Notes: generated by a model not told the origin, from the sequence alone. A stretch of 64,000 nucleotides of DNA from Propionibacteriales bacterium (GCA_038233355.1 JBBSMD010000001.1:1047-65046), one strand, 5' to 3'; positions 33,952 through 42,778 are shown, numbered from the stretch's first letter. Translations and numbers: made by a program.

Positions 33952-33964
33952 GGTCGAGAGATTA
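33952..33964 (-). promoter_or_regulatory. possible -10 (TAATCT) placed for a leaderless MarR transcript
   Basis: Minus-strand ..cgaTAATCTctcgaccGTG. The hexamer fits TANNNT and ends 7 nt before the GTG start. No Shine-Dalgarno sequence in between. Confidence 0.3.
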
Positions 33965-33990
33965 TCGAGCAGCGCGCGGCGTTGGTTAAG

Positions 33991-34851
33991 TCATCCTCCC
34001 GTGGTGCTCCACGAGTACGGCTGCGTGTCCTCCCCCGGGTTCGACCGGCCCTGGCTCGACCAGTCTCGGGCAGTCGACCCCGCACCCGATGATCCTTGAC
34101 CCCACGACTCCTGACCTGCTGACCCCTGACCTGCTGACCCCTGACTCGCTGACCCCTGACCTGCTGACCCCTGACTCGCTGACCCCTCACCCGTTGACCG
34201 CTGACCGGCCGAGTCACGACCCGACGGTTCGCGCCCCGATGACTCCGCCGGCCCCGGTGACCCCCTCGACCCAAACCGCTCGTCGCAACGGCATCCCCGG
34301 CAGTGGCCGCCCTCAGGTCCCGGTGTCACCCGCGGCTCGTCGGACGCCGAGTGTTCGCGCCCTTGGTGGATGAGCCGCTGGATGGTGCGTTCGCGCTCGT
34401 CGGGCCGCCCGACGTAACGGATCTCGCGCAGCCCCTGCTCCTGCGCGGCGGACTCGAAGACGAAGTGCCCATAACCCGCGAGCAACCCCAGCAGCGGCTT
34501 GTGCACCGTGATGTCGAGGACGCGGCGGATGGGCATCGACGCCCGGGAGCGGTGCAGCACCCCGCGCACTCGAAAGACCCGGTGGTTGGTGATGACGAAC
34601 CGGTCAGTGTGGTGCAGAGCCACCTGCCACGCCGCCCACGCCAACATGGCGAGCCCCACCAGATTGGTGACGTCGGGCCAACCCGGCGCCAAACACACGG
34701 CCAGCCCGACGAAGGCCACGACGAGCGGTCCCACCAGCACCACCCGGTGTCGCCGTACGACGTCCCAGATGCCCTCGTTGTCGTCGAGGGTCGCCGTGAC
34801 GTCGTGACCGGGCCACAGCTGCGCCAGCCACGCGCTCGCCCGGACCCACAC
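33991..34851 (-). CDS. bacterial PH-domain (YdbS/bPH-like) membrane protein with a low-complexity repeat tail
   Basis: Two TM helices (VLVGPLVVAFVGLAVCL, LVGLAMLAWAAWQVAL), then TDRFVITNHRVFRVRGVLHRSRASMPIRRVLDITVHKPLLGLLAGYGHFVFES. GTG at 34851 chosen. Residues about 164-286 are low-complexity with reduced GC3, so the native stop may have been lost. Confidence 0.6.
   Translation of the reverse strand: MWVRASAWLAQLWPGHDVTATLDDNEGIWDVVRRHRVVLVGPLVVAFVGLAVCLAPGWPDVTNLVGLAMLAWAAWQVALHHTDRFVITNHRVFRVRGVLHRSRASMPIRRVLDITVHKPLLGLLAGYGHFVFESAAQEQGLREIRYVGRPDERERTIQRLIHQGREHSASDEPRVTPGPEGGHCRGCRCDERFGSRGSPGPAESSGREPSGRDSAGQRSTGEGSASQGSAGQGSASQGSAGQGSAGQESWGQGSSGAGSTARDWSSQGRSNPGEDTQPYSWSTTGG
34096..34215. 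repeat. 15-bp tandem repeat (5 near-perfect plus about 3 degenerate copies)
   Basis: ctgacctgctgaccc / ctgactcgctgaccc units from 34111 to 34185, with degenerate flanking copies. Reads GSAGQ/GSASQ on the minus strand and DLLTP/DSLTP on the plus strand. Confidence 0.9.
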
Positions 34852-34858
34852 CGCGGAC

Positions 34859-35035
34859 TCAGCCCAGCCGGCGCAGCAGGCTCTCGAAGAGCCGCCCGAT
34901 GGCCGACAACACGCTGCCGATGCCCTCGGAGAGCCTGGCCACGGCGTCGGCGAACTGAGCGGGCTGGCTAAGTGCCCAGTAGAGGAAGAACGCCACGAGG
35001 AGGAGCACGAGTCCCCGCTTGACGGTGTCGACCAC
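34859..35035 (-). CDS. small hypothetical membrane protein (58 aa)
   Basis: GTG at 35035 follows GGGAGGAG. VVDTVKRGLVLLLVAFFLYWALSQPAQFADAVARLSEGIGSVLSAIGRLFESLLRRLG. Stop lies 7 nt before the PH-domain gene start. Confidence 0.5.
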   Translation of the reverse strand: MVDTVKRGLVLLLVAFFLYWALSQPAQFADAVARLSEGIGSVLSAIGRLFESLLRRLG

Positions 35036-35148
35036 CGTGCTCCTCCCACCCAGCCCGCGCCCACTGTCGCTCTCGTCGCGCCACCCAGGGGTGACGGCAC
35101 ACTTCGTCACGATCTGTCTACCGCACCGGGCCACCGACAGAGCAGCGA

Positions 35149-35551
35149 CTCGCCGACGTGCTGCTGGCGATCGCCGGATTCAGCCTCGGGCGGGCTGACG
35201 GCCATGACACTGACCATCTTCGGTATGGTGGTGTTCTTCTTCGCCTCGGCGGGAGCCAGCTCGGCGTACCTGACCGCCAGTGAGGTGTTCCCGATGGAGA
35301 CGCGGGCGCTGTGCATCGCCTTCTTCTACGCCATCGGCACCGCGGTGGGCGGCACCTCCGGCCCACTGCTGTTCGGCAAGCTGATCGAGAACGCGTCTGG
35401 CTCCAAGGACATCACGTTGATCGCGGCCGGCTACTACATCGGTGCGGCCCTTATGATTGGCGGCGGCCTCATCGCGGCGTTCCTGGGCGTCAAGGCCGAG
35501 CAGCAGTCCCTGGAGAGCATTGCCAAGCCGCTGACCGCGGAAGACGCTGAG
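35149..35551 (+). pseudogene. 3' remnant of an MFS (metabolite:H+ symporter-type) transporter, frameshifted
   Basis: LADVLLAIAGFSLG (frame of 35149), then a 1-nt shift near 35190. It continues LTAMTLTIFGMVVFFFASAGASSAYLTASEVFPMETRALCIAFFYAIGTAVGG..LGVKAEQQSLESIAKPL, the last 3-4 TM helices of a protein normally about 450-480 aa. No upstream TM helices and no in-frame stop until 36607. Confidence 0.65.
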
Positions 35552-35630
35552 ACCCCGGTGAGGAGCGGGAGCCTGCCCCTGCCTGACCCGGACCGGCCGC
35601 ATCCTTCCCTGCACTGGACGAGGAGTCCCC

Positions 35631-35864
35631 ATGCCCAAGCAACCCCCCCAATCGAGCACCGAGCTGACCGGAGGGCGCCGACGGCAGCGAGAGGCCGAGC
35701 AGGTGGTCCGCGCCCTGCAGGCCGAGGGCCCGGCGACCCCGGACGAACTGAGTCGTCGGGTAGGTGCCGCCTACTGGGACGAGCAACGGTTCGACCAGGT
35801 GCTGACCTGGGCTCTCGCCAAGGGGCTCATCCACGACAACGACGGTCGCCTGGCAGCCGCCTGA
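35631..35864 (+). CDS. small hypothetical protein (77 aa), possibly winged-helix-like
   Basis: ATG preceded by GAGGAG at a 6-nt spacing. About 82% GC3 by my count. ..VVRALQAEGPATPDELSRRVGAAYWDEQRFDQVLTWALAKGLIHDNDGRL. Confidence 0.45.
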   Translation: MPKQPPQSSTELTGGRRRQREAEQVVRALQAEGPATPDELSRRVGAAYWDEQRFDQVLTWALAKGLIHDNDGRLAAA

Positions 35865-35908
35865 CCGCTGGCCGACGGCTGCCCGACACCCCTGGCCGAA
35901 GACAACGG

Positions 35909-36856
35909 TCAGCCGTGTTGCTGCACGTCCGCCAGCACGGTGTCGGCCGCGGTGTATGGGTCGGTCTCGCCGGCCACGACATCTGCGGCGAGTCCGTCGA
36001 GGCGGGCGTCGCCGCGTACGTCGGCGAACCGCTGGCGCATCGTCGTCACCGCGATGGCCTCGATCTCGTCGCGCGCTCGCCGCTCCCGACGCCGACGCAG
36101 CTCACCGTGCTCGACCATCCAGCCACGGTGTTTGTCCAACGCCGACACGAGGTCGTCGATCCCCTCACCGCGCGACGCCACCGTCTTGACCATGGTGGGT
36201 CGCCACCCGCCAGGCGGTCGGTCCGCCAGCGCGATCATGCCCCGCAGGTCGCGCACCACCTGGTCGGCACCGTCGCGGTCGGCCTTGTTGACGCAGAAGA
36301 CATCCCCGACCTCCAGGATGCCGGCCTTGGCGGCCTGGATCCCGTCGCCGGCGCCGGGAGCCAGCAGCACCATGGTGGTGTCGGCCAGCCCGGCGACGTC
36401 GACCTCCGACTGGCCGACCCCGACAGTCTCGACGAGCACGACGTCGCAGCCGGCCGCGTCCAGCACCCGCAGCGCCTGCGGCGTGGCCCAGGCCAGCCCG
36501 CCGAGGTGCCCTCGGCTGGCCATCGAACGGATGAAGACCTGGCGGTCGGTGGCGTGCTCTTGCATGCGGACCCGGTCCCCGAGCAGCGCGCCACCGGTGA
36601 ACGGTGACGACGGGTCGACGGCCAGTACCCCGACCCGCTTGCCGGCCGCACGCAGGGCCGTGACAAGGGCCGAGGTCGACGTCGACTTGCCCACCCCCGG
36701 AGAGCCGGTGATGCCGACCACCCGGGCGCCGCCGGTGTGCGGGGCGAGCAGCGCGCTGACCTCGCGCAGCCGCGGCGAGGCGTCCTCGACCAAGGAGATG
36801 AGCCGGGCCACGGCGCGTGGGTCGCCTTCTCGTGCCCGCTCGACAAGCTCGTGCAC
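35909..36856 (-). CDS. meaB: methylmalonyl-CoA-mutase-associated GTPase (G3E family chaperone)
   Basis: P-loop GSPGVGKST, ALLGDRVRM, VLVETVGVGQSE, NKADRDGA. GTG at 36856 chosen (VHELVERAREGDPRAVARLI). In-frame GTG at 36964 is an alternative. Confidence 0.85.
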   Translation of the reverse strand: MHELVERAREGDPRAVARLISLVEDASPRLREVSALLAPHTGGARVVGITGSPGVGKSTSTSALVTALRAAGKRVGVLAVDPSSPFTGGALLGDRVRMQEHATDRQVFIRSMASRGHLGGLAWATPQALRVLDAAGCDVVLVETVGVGQSEVDVAGLADTTMVLLAPGAGDGIQAAKAGILEVGDVFCVNKADRDGADQVVRDLRGMIALADRPPGGWRPTMVKTVASRGEGIDDLVSALDKHRGWMVEHGELRRRRERRARDEIEAIAVTTMRQRFADVRGDARLDGLAADVVAGETDPYTAADTVLADVQQHG

Positions 36857-36975
36857 CGACCCGGACGAGCGCCCGGTGGACCTGGCAGGCGGTGGAGCGG
36901 CTGCGGACGTGAGAGCCGACGGGGCGGCGGTCCGGGCGGTCGAGGACCTGGAGGTCGGCGGCACGACGATGGGAA

Positions 36976-38172
36976 TCAGGCGTTGGGTGCGGGCACTCGC
37001 ACGACGAGGGCGTCGCCCTGGCCGCCTCCGCCGCACAGTGCCGCCGCGCCGGTGCCGCCGCCACGACGAGCCAGCTCGAGGGCGACGTGGAGCACCACGC
37101 GGGCACCACTCATGCCGATCGGGTGGCCCAGCGCGATGGCGCCGCCGTTGACGTTGACCTTGTCCTCGTCGAGGCCGAGCTCGGTCGCACTGGCGATGCC
37201 CACCGCGGCGAACGCCTCGTTGATCTCCACGACGTCCAGGTCGGCGGGGTCGATGCCCTCCTTGTCGCACGCCTTGGCGATGGCCCGGGCGGGTTGCAGC
37301 TGCAGGGTCGAGTCGGGACCGGCGACCGTGCCGTACGCGCCGATCTCGGCGAGCCACGACAAGCCGAGCGAGGCGGCCTTCTGCTCGCTCGTCACGACGA
37401 CCGCGCAGGCGCCGTCGGAGATCTGCGATGCCGACCCGGCGGTGATGGTGCCCTGCGGGTCGAACGCCGGCCGCAGCCGAGCCAGGGAGTCGGTGGTGGT
37501 GTCGCCGCGGATGCCTTCGTCGGTGCTGACGTACGTCGGGTCGCCTCGGCGGCTGGGCACCTCGACGGTCACCACCTCGTCGTCGAAGACACCATTCTTC
37601 CACGCCTCGGCGGCCCGCTGGTGCGAGCGGGCGGCGTACGCGTCCTGCTCCGCGCGCGAATTCTGCCGGCCCTCGGCGTTGCACTGCTCGGTCAGCTTGC
37701 CCATCGCCTGGTCGGTGAAGGGGTCCCACAACCCGTCGTGCGCCATCGAGTCGACCAGGGTCGCGTCGCCGTACTTGACACCGACCCGGGAGCCGGGCAG
37801 GTAGTGCGGTGCGTTGGTCATCGACTCCATGCCACCGGCCACCACCACCTCGGCCTCGCCGCAGCGGATCATCTGGTCGGCGACCGCGATCGCGTTGATG
37901 CCGGACAGGCACACCTTGTTGACGGTGAGCGCCGGCACGCTCATCGGGATGCCCGCCTTGGCGGCGGCCTGGCGGGCCGGGATCTGGCCCGCCCCAGCCT
38001 GCAGCACCTGACCCATCACGACCATGTCCACCTGGTCGGGCGCGACCCCGGCCCGCTCGAGCGCGGCCTTGATCGCGAACCCGCCGAGGTCGGCGGCGGA
38101 GAAGTCCTTCAGCCCGCCGAGCAACCGCCCGATGGGGGTGCGCGCACCCGCGACGAGAACAGAACCGGACAT
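36976..38172 (-). CDS. acetyl-CoA C-acetyltransferase (thiolase II)
   Basis: [26 protein letters not shown] (active-site Cys), [29 protein letters not shown] at 38172 after GAAGGAGG. Confidence 0.92.
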   Translation of the reverse strand: MSGSVLVAGARTPIGRLLGGLKDFSAADLGGFAIKAALERAGVAPDQVDMVVMGQVLQAGAGQIPARQAAAKAGIPMSVPALTVNKVCLSGINAIAVADQMIRCGEAEVVVAGGMESMTNAPHYLPGSRVGVKYGDATLVDSMAHDGLWDPFTDQAMGKLTEQCNAEGRQNSRAEQDAYAARSHQRAAEAWKNGVFDDEVVTVEVPSRRGDPTYVSTDEGIRGDTTTDSLARLRPAFDPQGTITAGSASQISDGACAVVVTSEQKAASLGLSWLAEIGAYGTVAGPDSTLQLQPARAIAKACDKEGIDPADLDVVEINEAFAAVGIASATELGLDEDKVNVNGGAIALGHPIGMSGARVVLHVALELARRGGGTGAAALCGGGGQGDALVVRVPAPNA

Positions 38173-38191
38173 GAGGGCCTCCTTCGAGACG

Positions 38192-38238
38192 GCGAGCCGG
38201 ACGCCGGCGGCGAGCCGGACGCCGGCGGCGGGCCGGAC
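38192..38238. repeat. 18-bp direct repeat, about 2.6 copies, in the thiolase / epimerase-ccr divergent promoter region
   Basis: gcgagccggacgccggcg at 38192-38209 and 38210-38227, then gcgggccggac at 38228-38238. Confidence 0.9.
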
Positions 38239-38422
38239 TCTGCGGGGCCGCGGCGTCGGACCCAACCCTACCGAGCGGCACCGACGCGAGCGCCGGGCTC
38301 GTGATGGGGCCGGTCCGGGCGCCACCCGGTACGGCCGGTGCGGCCGCGACGCGGCAGCATGTCCTCCGCAGCCCGGTTGCGTCCGCCGCGGCCCGCCGGT
38401 CCGACGACCCAGGAGCCATGCC

Positions 38423-38863
38423 ATGGTCCCCGAACACCTGCTCATCGCGATCGACCACGTCGGCATCGCCGTACCCGACCTTGACGAGGCCCTGGGGTTC
38501 TACGCCTCGACCTTCGGCCTGCGGGCGGTGCACGAGGAGGTCAACGAGGAGCAGGGGATGCGCGAGGCGATGCTGGCCGTCGGCGAGTCCGACGCCATGC
38601 TCCAGCTCATGGCACCGCTGCGACCCGACTCGCCGATCGGCGCCTTCTTGTCCCGGCGCGGCCCCGGCATCCAGCAGCTGGCGTACCGCGTCAGCGACAT
38701 CGAGCAGGTCTCGCAGGTGCTGCGCGACCGCGGCGTGCAGCTGCTCTACGACGAATCGCGGCGCGGCACCGGCGGCAGCCGGATCAACTTCGTGCACCCC
38801 AAGAGCGCCGGCGGGGTGCTCATCGAGCTCGTCGAGCCAGCCCCCGAGCCGGGGCAGTCGTGA
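38423..38863 (+). CDS. mce: methylmalonyl-CoA / ethylmalonyl-CoA epimerase (VOC superfamily)
   Basis: 146 aa. [55 protein letters not shown] lies 7 nt upstream. Confidence 0.85.
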   Translation: MVPEHLLIAIDHVGIAVPDLDEALGFYASTFGLRAVHEEVNEEQGMREAMLAVGESDAMLQLMAPLRPDSPIGAFLSRRGPGIQQLAYRVSDIEQVSQVLRDRGVQLLYDESRRGTGGSRINFVHPKSAGGVLIELVEPAPEPGQS

Positions 38864-40197
38864 AGGACATCCTGGCCGCGCTCGAGTCGCCGGAGGCCCG
38901 AGCCGAGGACTTCGCGGCGTTGCCGGTGCCGCAGACCTACCGGGGAGTCTGCGTACGCAAGGACGAGACGGCGATGTTCGACGGCCTGCCCACTGCCGAG
39001 AAGGACCCCCGCGCCAGCCTGCACGTCGACGAGGTGCCGGTGCCCGAGCTGGCCCCCGGCGAGGCCCTGGTGGCGGTCATGGCCAGCGCCGTCAACTACA
39101 ACACGGTGTGGACCTCGCTCTTCGAGCCGGTGTCGACCTTCGGCTTCCTCGAGCGGTACGGCCGACTGTCTCCGATCGCAGCGCGTCACGACCTGCCGTA
39201 CCACGTGGTCGGCTCCGACCTGGCCGGCGTGGTGCTGCGTACCGGTCCGGGCGTGCACGTGTGGCAGCCGGGTGCCGAGGTCGTGGCGCACTGTCTGTCG
39301 GTCGAGCTCGAGCACTCCGACGGCCACGACGACACGCTGCTCGACCCCGAGCAGCGCATCTGGGGCTTCGAGACGAACTTCGGCGGCCTGGCCGAGGTCG
39401 CCGTGGTCAAGGCGAACCAGCTGATGCCCAAGCCGGACCACCTCACCTGGGAGGAGGCGGCGTGCCTCGGTCTGGTGAACTCCACCGCGTACCGCCAGCT
39501 CGTCTCGCGCAACGGCGCCGACCTCAAGCAGGGCGACACCGTGCTGATCTGGGGCGCCTCGGGCGGGCTCGGCGGGTACGCCACCCAGCTGACGCTCAAC
39601 GGGGGTGCGGTGCCGGTCTGCGTGGTCAGCTCACCGGAGAAGGCCGACCTGTGCCGCGCCATGGGCGCCGAGCTCATCATCGACCGGCGCGCCGAGGGGT
39701 ACGCGTTCTGGTCCGACGAGCACACCCAGGACACCCGGGAGTGGCGGCGCCTCGGTGCCCGCATCCGCGAGCTCACCGGCGGGGAGGATCCCGACATCGT
39801 GTTCGAGCACCCCGGCCGGGAGACGTTCGGCGCCTCGACCTACGTGGCCCGCAAGGGCGGCACGATCGTCACCTGTGCCTCGACGTCCGGCTTCTGGCAC
39901 GAGTACGACAACCGCTACCTGTGGATGAACCTGAAGCGGATCATCGGCTCGCACTTCGCCAACTACCGCGAGGCGTGGGAGGCGAACCGGCTCGTCGCCA
40001 AGGGCCTGGTGCACCCCACGCTGTCCAAGACCTATCCGCTGGAACAGACCGGACAGGCCGCGTGGGAGGTCCACCACAACCTCCACCAGGGCAAGGTCGG
40101 GGTGCTGTGCCTGGCACCGGAAGAGGGCCTAGGCGTACGAAATCGGGACAAGAGGGACCGCCACGCCGAAGCCATCAACCGGTTCCGCGGTAGCTGA
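38860..40197 (+). CDS. ccr: crotonyl-CoA carboxylase/reductase
   Basis: 445 aa. [10 protein letters not shown].., AVNYNTVW, IWGFETNFGGLAE, IWGASGGLGGYA, HQGKVGVLCLAPEEGLGV. GTGA overlap with the epimerase stop. Confidence 0.92.
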   Translation: MKDILAALESPEARAEDFAALPVPQTYRGVCVRKDETAMFDGLPTAEKDPRASLHVDEVPVPELAPGEALVAVMASAVNYNTVWTSLFEPVSTFGFLERYGRLSPIAARHDLPYHVVGSDLAGVVLRTGPGVHVWQPGAEVVAHCLSVELEHSDGHDDTLLDPEQRIWGFETNFGGLAEVAVVKANQLMPKPDHLTWEEAACLGLVNSTAYRQLVSRNGADLKQGDTVLIWGASGGLGGYATQLTLNGGAVPVCVVSSPEKADLCRAMGAELIIDRRAEGYAFWSDEHTQDTREWRRLGARIRELTGGEDPDIVFEHPGRETFGASTYVARKGGTIVTCASTSGFWHEYDNRYLWMNLKRIIGSHFANYREAWEANRLVAKGLVHPTLSKTYPLEQTGQAAWEVHHNLHQGKVGVLCLAPEEGLGVRNRDKRDRHAEAINRFRGS

Positions 40198-40273
40198 GCG
40201 CGCGCGAGTAACGTCGGACCTGGTCCCGGCAGCCGCCGGGCCGCCACGCCCGAGCGCGAGGAGCGGGTCGCAC

Positions 40274-41599
40274 ATGGCCGACCAGGGTTTGTCCATCTTC
40301 GAGTCCGCGGCCGAGCCCGAGGACGCCGAGGCCACGCAGCAGTTCGAGATGCCCGACGTGCCGCCGGAGAAGCCGGCGTCGGCGCCCCAGCAGCAGCAGC
40401 AGCAGCAGCAGCAGGCACCCTCACCCACCGCCTCGCCCGCGCCGGCCGAGTCGCGGCGACCGGATCCTTCGCCGTCGCGGCCGGCGCCGGCGCCTGTGGC
40501 CCAGCCGGTGCCGGCGCCGGCGGCCAGGTCCGGTCCGGCGCCCGTGGCAGCACCCCAGTTCCCGGCGGCGCGCCGCGGCGGCTACGACCGGGCGACCGTC
40601 GACGAGTGGGTGCGCGACCATGTGCGCCGCAGTGGTGATGCGGAGGGCGAGCTCACCTTCTTGCGGGGCCGGCTCGGCACCCTCGAGACCGAGGTGGAAG
40701 GGCTGCGGCGCCGGCTCGCCGAGACGAAGGCGCCCAGCTACGCCGGCTTGGGAACCCACGCCGCCGAGCTGCTGGCGCTGGCCGAGCAACAGGCAGACGA
40801 GGTGATGCGCTGCGCCACCGAGCAGGCCGAGGAGCTGCGTCGGTTGAGCGAGCGGGACGCGTCGCGTGCGCGCGCCGATGCACTCGCCGAGGCAGACGAT
40901 CTGCGGATGGTGCAGCTGCGTGAGCTCGACGAGGCACGCAAGCGCGCCGAGCGCCAGCTCGGCGACCAGCGGTCCGCCGCCGACGCGGAGGCCCGCGACC
41001 TCGTCGCTTCGGCAGCCCGGCAGGCCGAGCAGCACCGGCTGGCCGCCGAGCAGGAGTCCGACGCCGTCCGTACGAGCGCCAGGCGGGAGGCCGAGCAGGT
41101 GCGCGCCTCGGCCGACCGGGAGGTCAGCGAGGCGCGCCGCGTCCTGGCGGTCGAGCGCGAGCGGCTGTCGAAGGAGGCCCAAGACACCCACACCTCGGCG
41201 ATGGAGGAGACCCGTGGGCTCGTCACCGAGGCCGAGCAGCGGGCCACCGCGGCCGAGCAGCGGGCGAAGGCGGCGATCGAGCAGGCCACCAAGAACCGCG
41301 AGGAGGCCAGCACCGAAGCCGAGCGCGCGGTGAGCCGGGCCCGGCGGGAAGCCGAGCAGATCATCAACTCGGCCAGGCGCCAGGCGGAGCAGCTCATCGC
41401 CCAGACCAACGCCGACCTGGAGCGCCAGTCGACCCAGGCGCGGGCCGAGCTCGACCACGTCCAGCGGCGGCGGGACGGGATCGTGGCGCAGCTGGCGCAG
41501 CTGCGTGACATCGTCGCCAACTTCGCCGGCGCCGACCTGTCGGCCGGCCAGACCTCACCGGAGTCGACCCAGCCGGCCTCCGAGAGCGCGGCGGAGTAA
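40274..41599 (+). CDS. DivIVA-domain / coiled-coil protein (cellulose-binding-protein-like)
   Basis: 441 aa. Pro-rich N-terminus, RGGYDRATVDEWV DivIVA-type motif, then about 280 aa of Ala/Glu/Arg/Gln coiled coil. Confidence 0.7.
   Translation: MADQGLSIFESAAEPEDAEATQQFEMPDVPPEKPASAPQQQQQQQQQAPSPTASPAPAESRRPDPSPSRPAPAPVAQPVPAPAARSGPAPVAAPQFPAARRGGYDRATVDEWVRDHVRRSGDAEGELTFLRGRLGTLETEVEGLRRRLAETKAPSYAGLGTHAAELLALAEQQADEVMRCATEQAEELRRLSERDASRARADALAEADDLRMVQLRELDEARKRAERQLGDQRSAADAEARDLVASAARQAEQHRLAAEQESDAVRTSARREAEQVRASADREVSEARRVLAVERERLSKEAQDTHTSAMEETRGLVTEAEQRATAAEQRAKAAIEQATKNREEASTEAERAVSRARREAEQIINSARRQAEQLIAQTNADLERQSTQARAELDHVQRRRDGIVAQLAQLRDIVANFAGADLSAGQTSPESTQPASESAAE
40388..40414 (+). 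repeat. (CAG)9 microsatellite encoding Q9
   Basis: Nine uninterrupted CAG codons, in frame in the DivIVA-like CDS. Confidence 0.95.
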
Positions 41600-41626
41600 C
41601 CCCCGCCGGGTCCGCGGCCGGACGGC

Positions 41627-42433
41627 TCAACGCGGCGTGCTCGGCGGCGGAGCCGGCGAGTCGAAGACCGCACCGCTGCGGTCGGCGTAGGCCGAGCTGT
41701 CCGCGGTCTGCATCGGCCCGGTCCATGTCCGCGGCAACGGCACGCGAACCGAGGGCGCCAGCCGGGTGACGATCTCGTCGAGGGCGCGTTCGGTGTGCCC
41801 GACCCACAGGTGCTTGGCGCCCGCGACGGCGATCACCTCCGCCTGTGGCACGCGCGCGAATCGCTCGCGAGCCCGTGGCGGGGGCAAGAAGTCGTCGTGC
41901 TCGGGCACCAGGACGAGCACCGGCCGGCCGTCCTCGGCCCAGCGGTCCAGCTCGGCTTCGGTGCAGTAACGCAGCGGTGGCGAGAGCAGCACCGCCCCGC
42001 AGACGGCGTCGTCGAGCCCGTGCTTGAGCGCCAGGTCGGTGCCGAAGGACCAGCCGACCAGCCACGGGTCCGGTAGGTCATGGAACTCGGCGTACTCGAT
42101 GGCGGCGGCGACGTCGAAGCGCTCGGCCCGGGCTTCGTCGAAGGCGCCCTCGCTGGTGCCCTGCACGCTCGCGGTGCCTCGGGTGTTGAACCGCAGGACG
42201 GCGATGCCGGCCAGGGCGGGCAGCCGGTAGGCGGCCTTGCGGAAGACGTGGCTGTCCATCATGCCGCCGTGGGTGGGCAGCGGGTGCAGGCAGATCATCG
42301 TGGCGACCGGCTCGGCCTCGGCCGGTCGGGCCAGCTCCCCGACGAGCGTGAGCCCGTCGGCGGTGTGCAGGGAGACGGGGTCGCGCCGCGCCGGCAACAC
42401 GGAACTACCCCGGATCGGGTGGCCCTTCGTCAC
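41627..42433 (-). CDS. alpha/beta hydrolase
   Basis: 268 aa. Nucleophile elbow GWSFG. GTG start. Confidence 0.75.
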   Translation of the reverse strand: MTKGHPIRGSSVLPARRDPVSLHTADGLTLVGELARPAEAEPVATMICLHPLPTHGGMMDSHVFRKAAYRLPALAGIAVLRFNTRGTASVQGTSEGAFDEARAERFDVAAAIEYAEFHDLPDPWLVGWSFGTDLALKHGLDDAVCGAVLLSPPLRYCTEAELDRWAEDGRPVLVLVPEHDDFLPPPRARERFARVPQAEVIAVAGAKHLWVGHTERALDEIVTRLAPSVRVPLPRTWTGPMQTADSSAYADRSGAVFDSPAPPPSTPR

Positions 42434-42460
42434 GACCGCACCGCCTCGTGCGGCCGGCGC

Positions 42461-42748
42461 TCAGCGACCCCGCGCACGCGCGTTCCAACAGCCGGTGTGC
42501 CAGTGCCGCCGTTCGTCGAGCCCGTCGGTGGCCGCGAAGTCTGCCGGCACCTGGGGCCAGGCCACGACGTGCGGGGTGGCCGGCGCGATGAGCTGTTGGC
42601 AGCCAGGGCAGCGGTACGCCTTGGTGGCGGCCGATCCGGTCACCCGCCGCACGTGCCAGGTGCCGTCGCGGTGCTGCTCGGTCGGCACGGTGTGCGAGGC
42701 CACCGCAGCCGCCGGAGCGGTACGCCGGCGCGGCCGCCGCCGGCTCAC
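42461..42748 (-). CDS. small conserved actinobacterial zinc-ribbon-like protein
   Basis: 95 aa. CPGC .. HTGC metal-ligand pairs and a basic N-terminus. Start uncertain. Confidence 0.55.
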   Translation of the reverse strand: MSRRRPRRRTAPAAAVASHTVPTEQHRDGTWHVRRVTGSAATKAYRCPGCQQLIAPATPHVVAWPQVPADFAATDGLDERRHWHTGCWNARARGR

Positions 42749-42778
42749 CGGAATCGCCCCTCGCCCGTGGCCCCGCCC

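Noticed and set aside
35909-38797. 962-aa minus-strand ORF spanning meaB, the thiolase region and the epimerase region.
   Set aside because: Only the last about 315 codons are MeaB-like. The thiolase is in a different frame (36976-38172). The remainder is read-through with no stops.
40129-40428. 99-aa minus-strand ORF containing a poly-Cys run (CCCCCCCC).
   Set aside because: It is simply the antisense reading of the (CAG)9 tract and the upstream region of the DivIVA-like gene. No RBS and no coding signature.
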